DNA from: Octopus vulgaris
Taxonomy: Eukaryota
Direction: 5' to 3'
Assembly: GCA_951406725.2 (NCBI GenBank)
Contig: OX597834.1
Span: forward strand, 3,782,001-3,846,000
Length of the DNA: 64,000 nucleotides
Part shown: in pieces, positions 63,878 to 64,000 of the stretch
Numbering within the stretch: the first letter of the stretch is position 1
Layout: every line of letters starts with the position of its first letter
The notes under the pieces: model-generated
Told to the model about the DNA's origin: nothing
Database searches by the model: none
What the model saw: the letters and a program-made list of their open reading frames with translations, nothing else
Made by a program: the position numbers and the translations under genes

Positions 63878-64000
<123 letters not shown>

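Overview
AT-rich, microsatellite-dense eukaryotic intergenic or intronic DNA. The SINE families and repeat landscape look cephalopod, probably Octopus (inference). I cannot support any host protein-coding gene; nearly all long ORFs are microsatellite artefacts or transposon remnants. Retroelements: two decayed L1/Tx1-type LINEs, RTE and CR1/L2-type fragments, several R4/Dong-type RLE LINEs sitting in (TAA)n tracts, a Neptune-type Penelope element (RT + GIY-YIG) with an inverted terminal repeat, a young 3.1-kb Gypsy element that kept Gag-PR-IN but lost RT/RNase H, and many tRNA-derived SINEs. DNA transposons: hAT, mariner, maT-like, MULE-like and Helitron elements and MITEs, several with verifiable TSDs. 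The most striking signal is a dispersed set of 11 minimal type-I hammerhead-ribozyme folds from about 6 unrelated short repeat families, mostly embedded in (TA)n tracts or long inverted repeats. They include a U3:A8 compensatory core, a long helix-II insertion, A6>U and U4>C variants, and a loop-less palindromic helix III that could only work as a dimer. One family is physically joined to the Penelope ORF, which points to a Penelope/retrozyme-like system of ribozyme-bearing non-autonomous retroelements.
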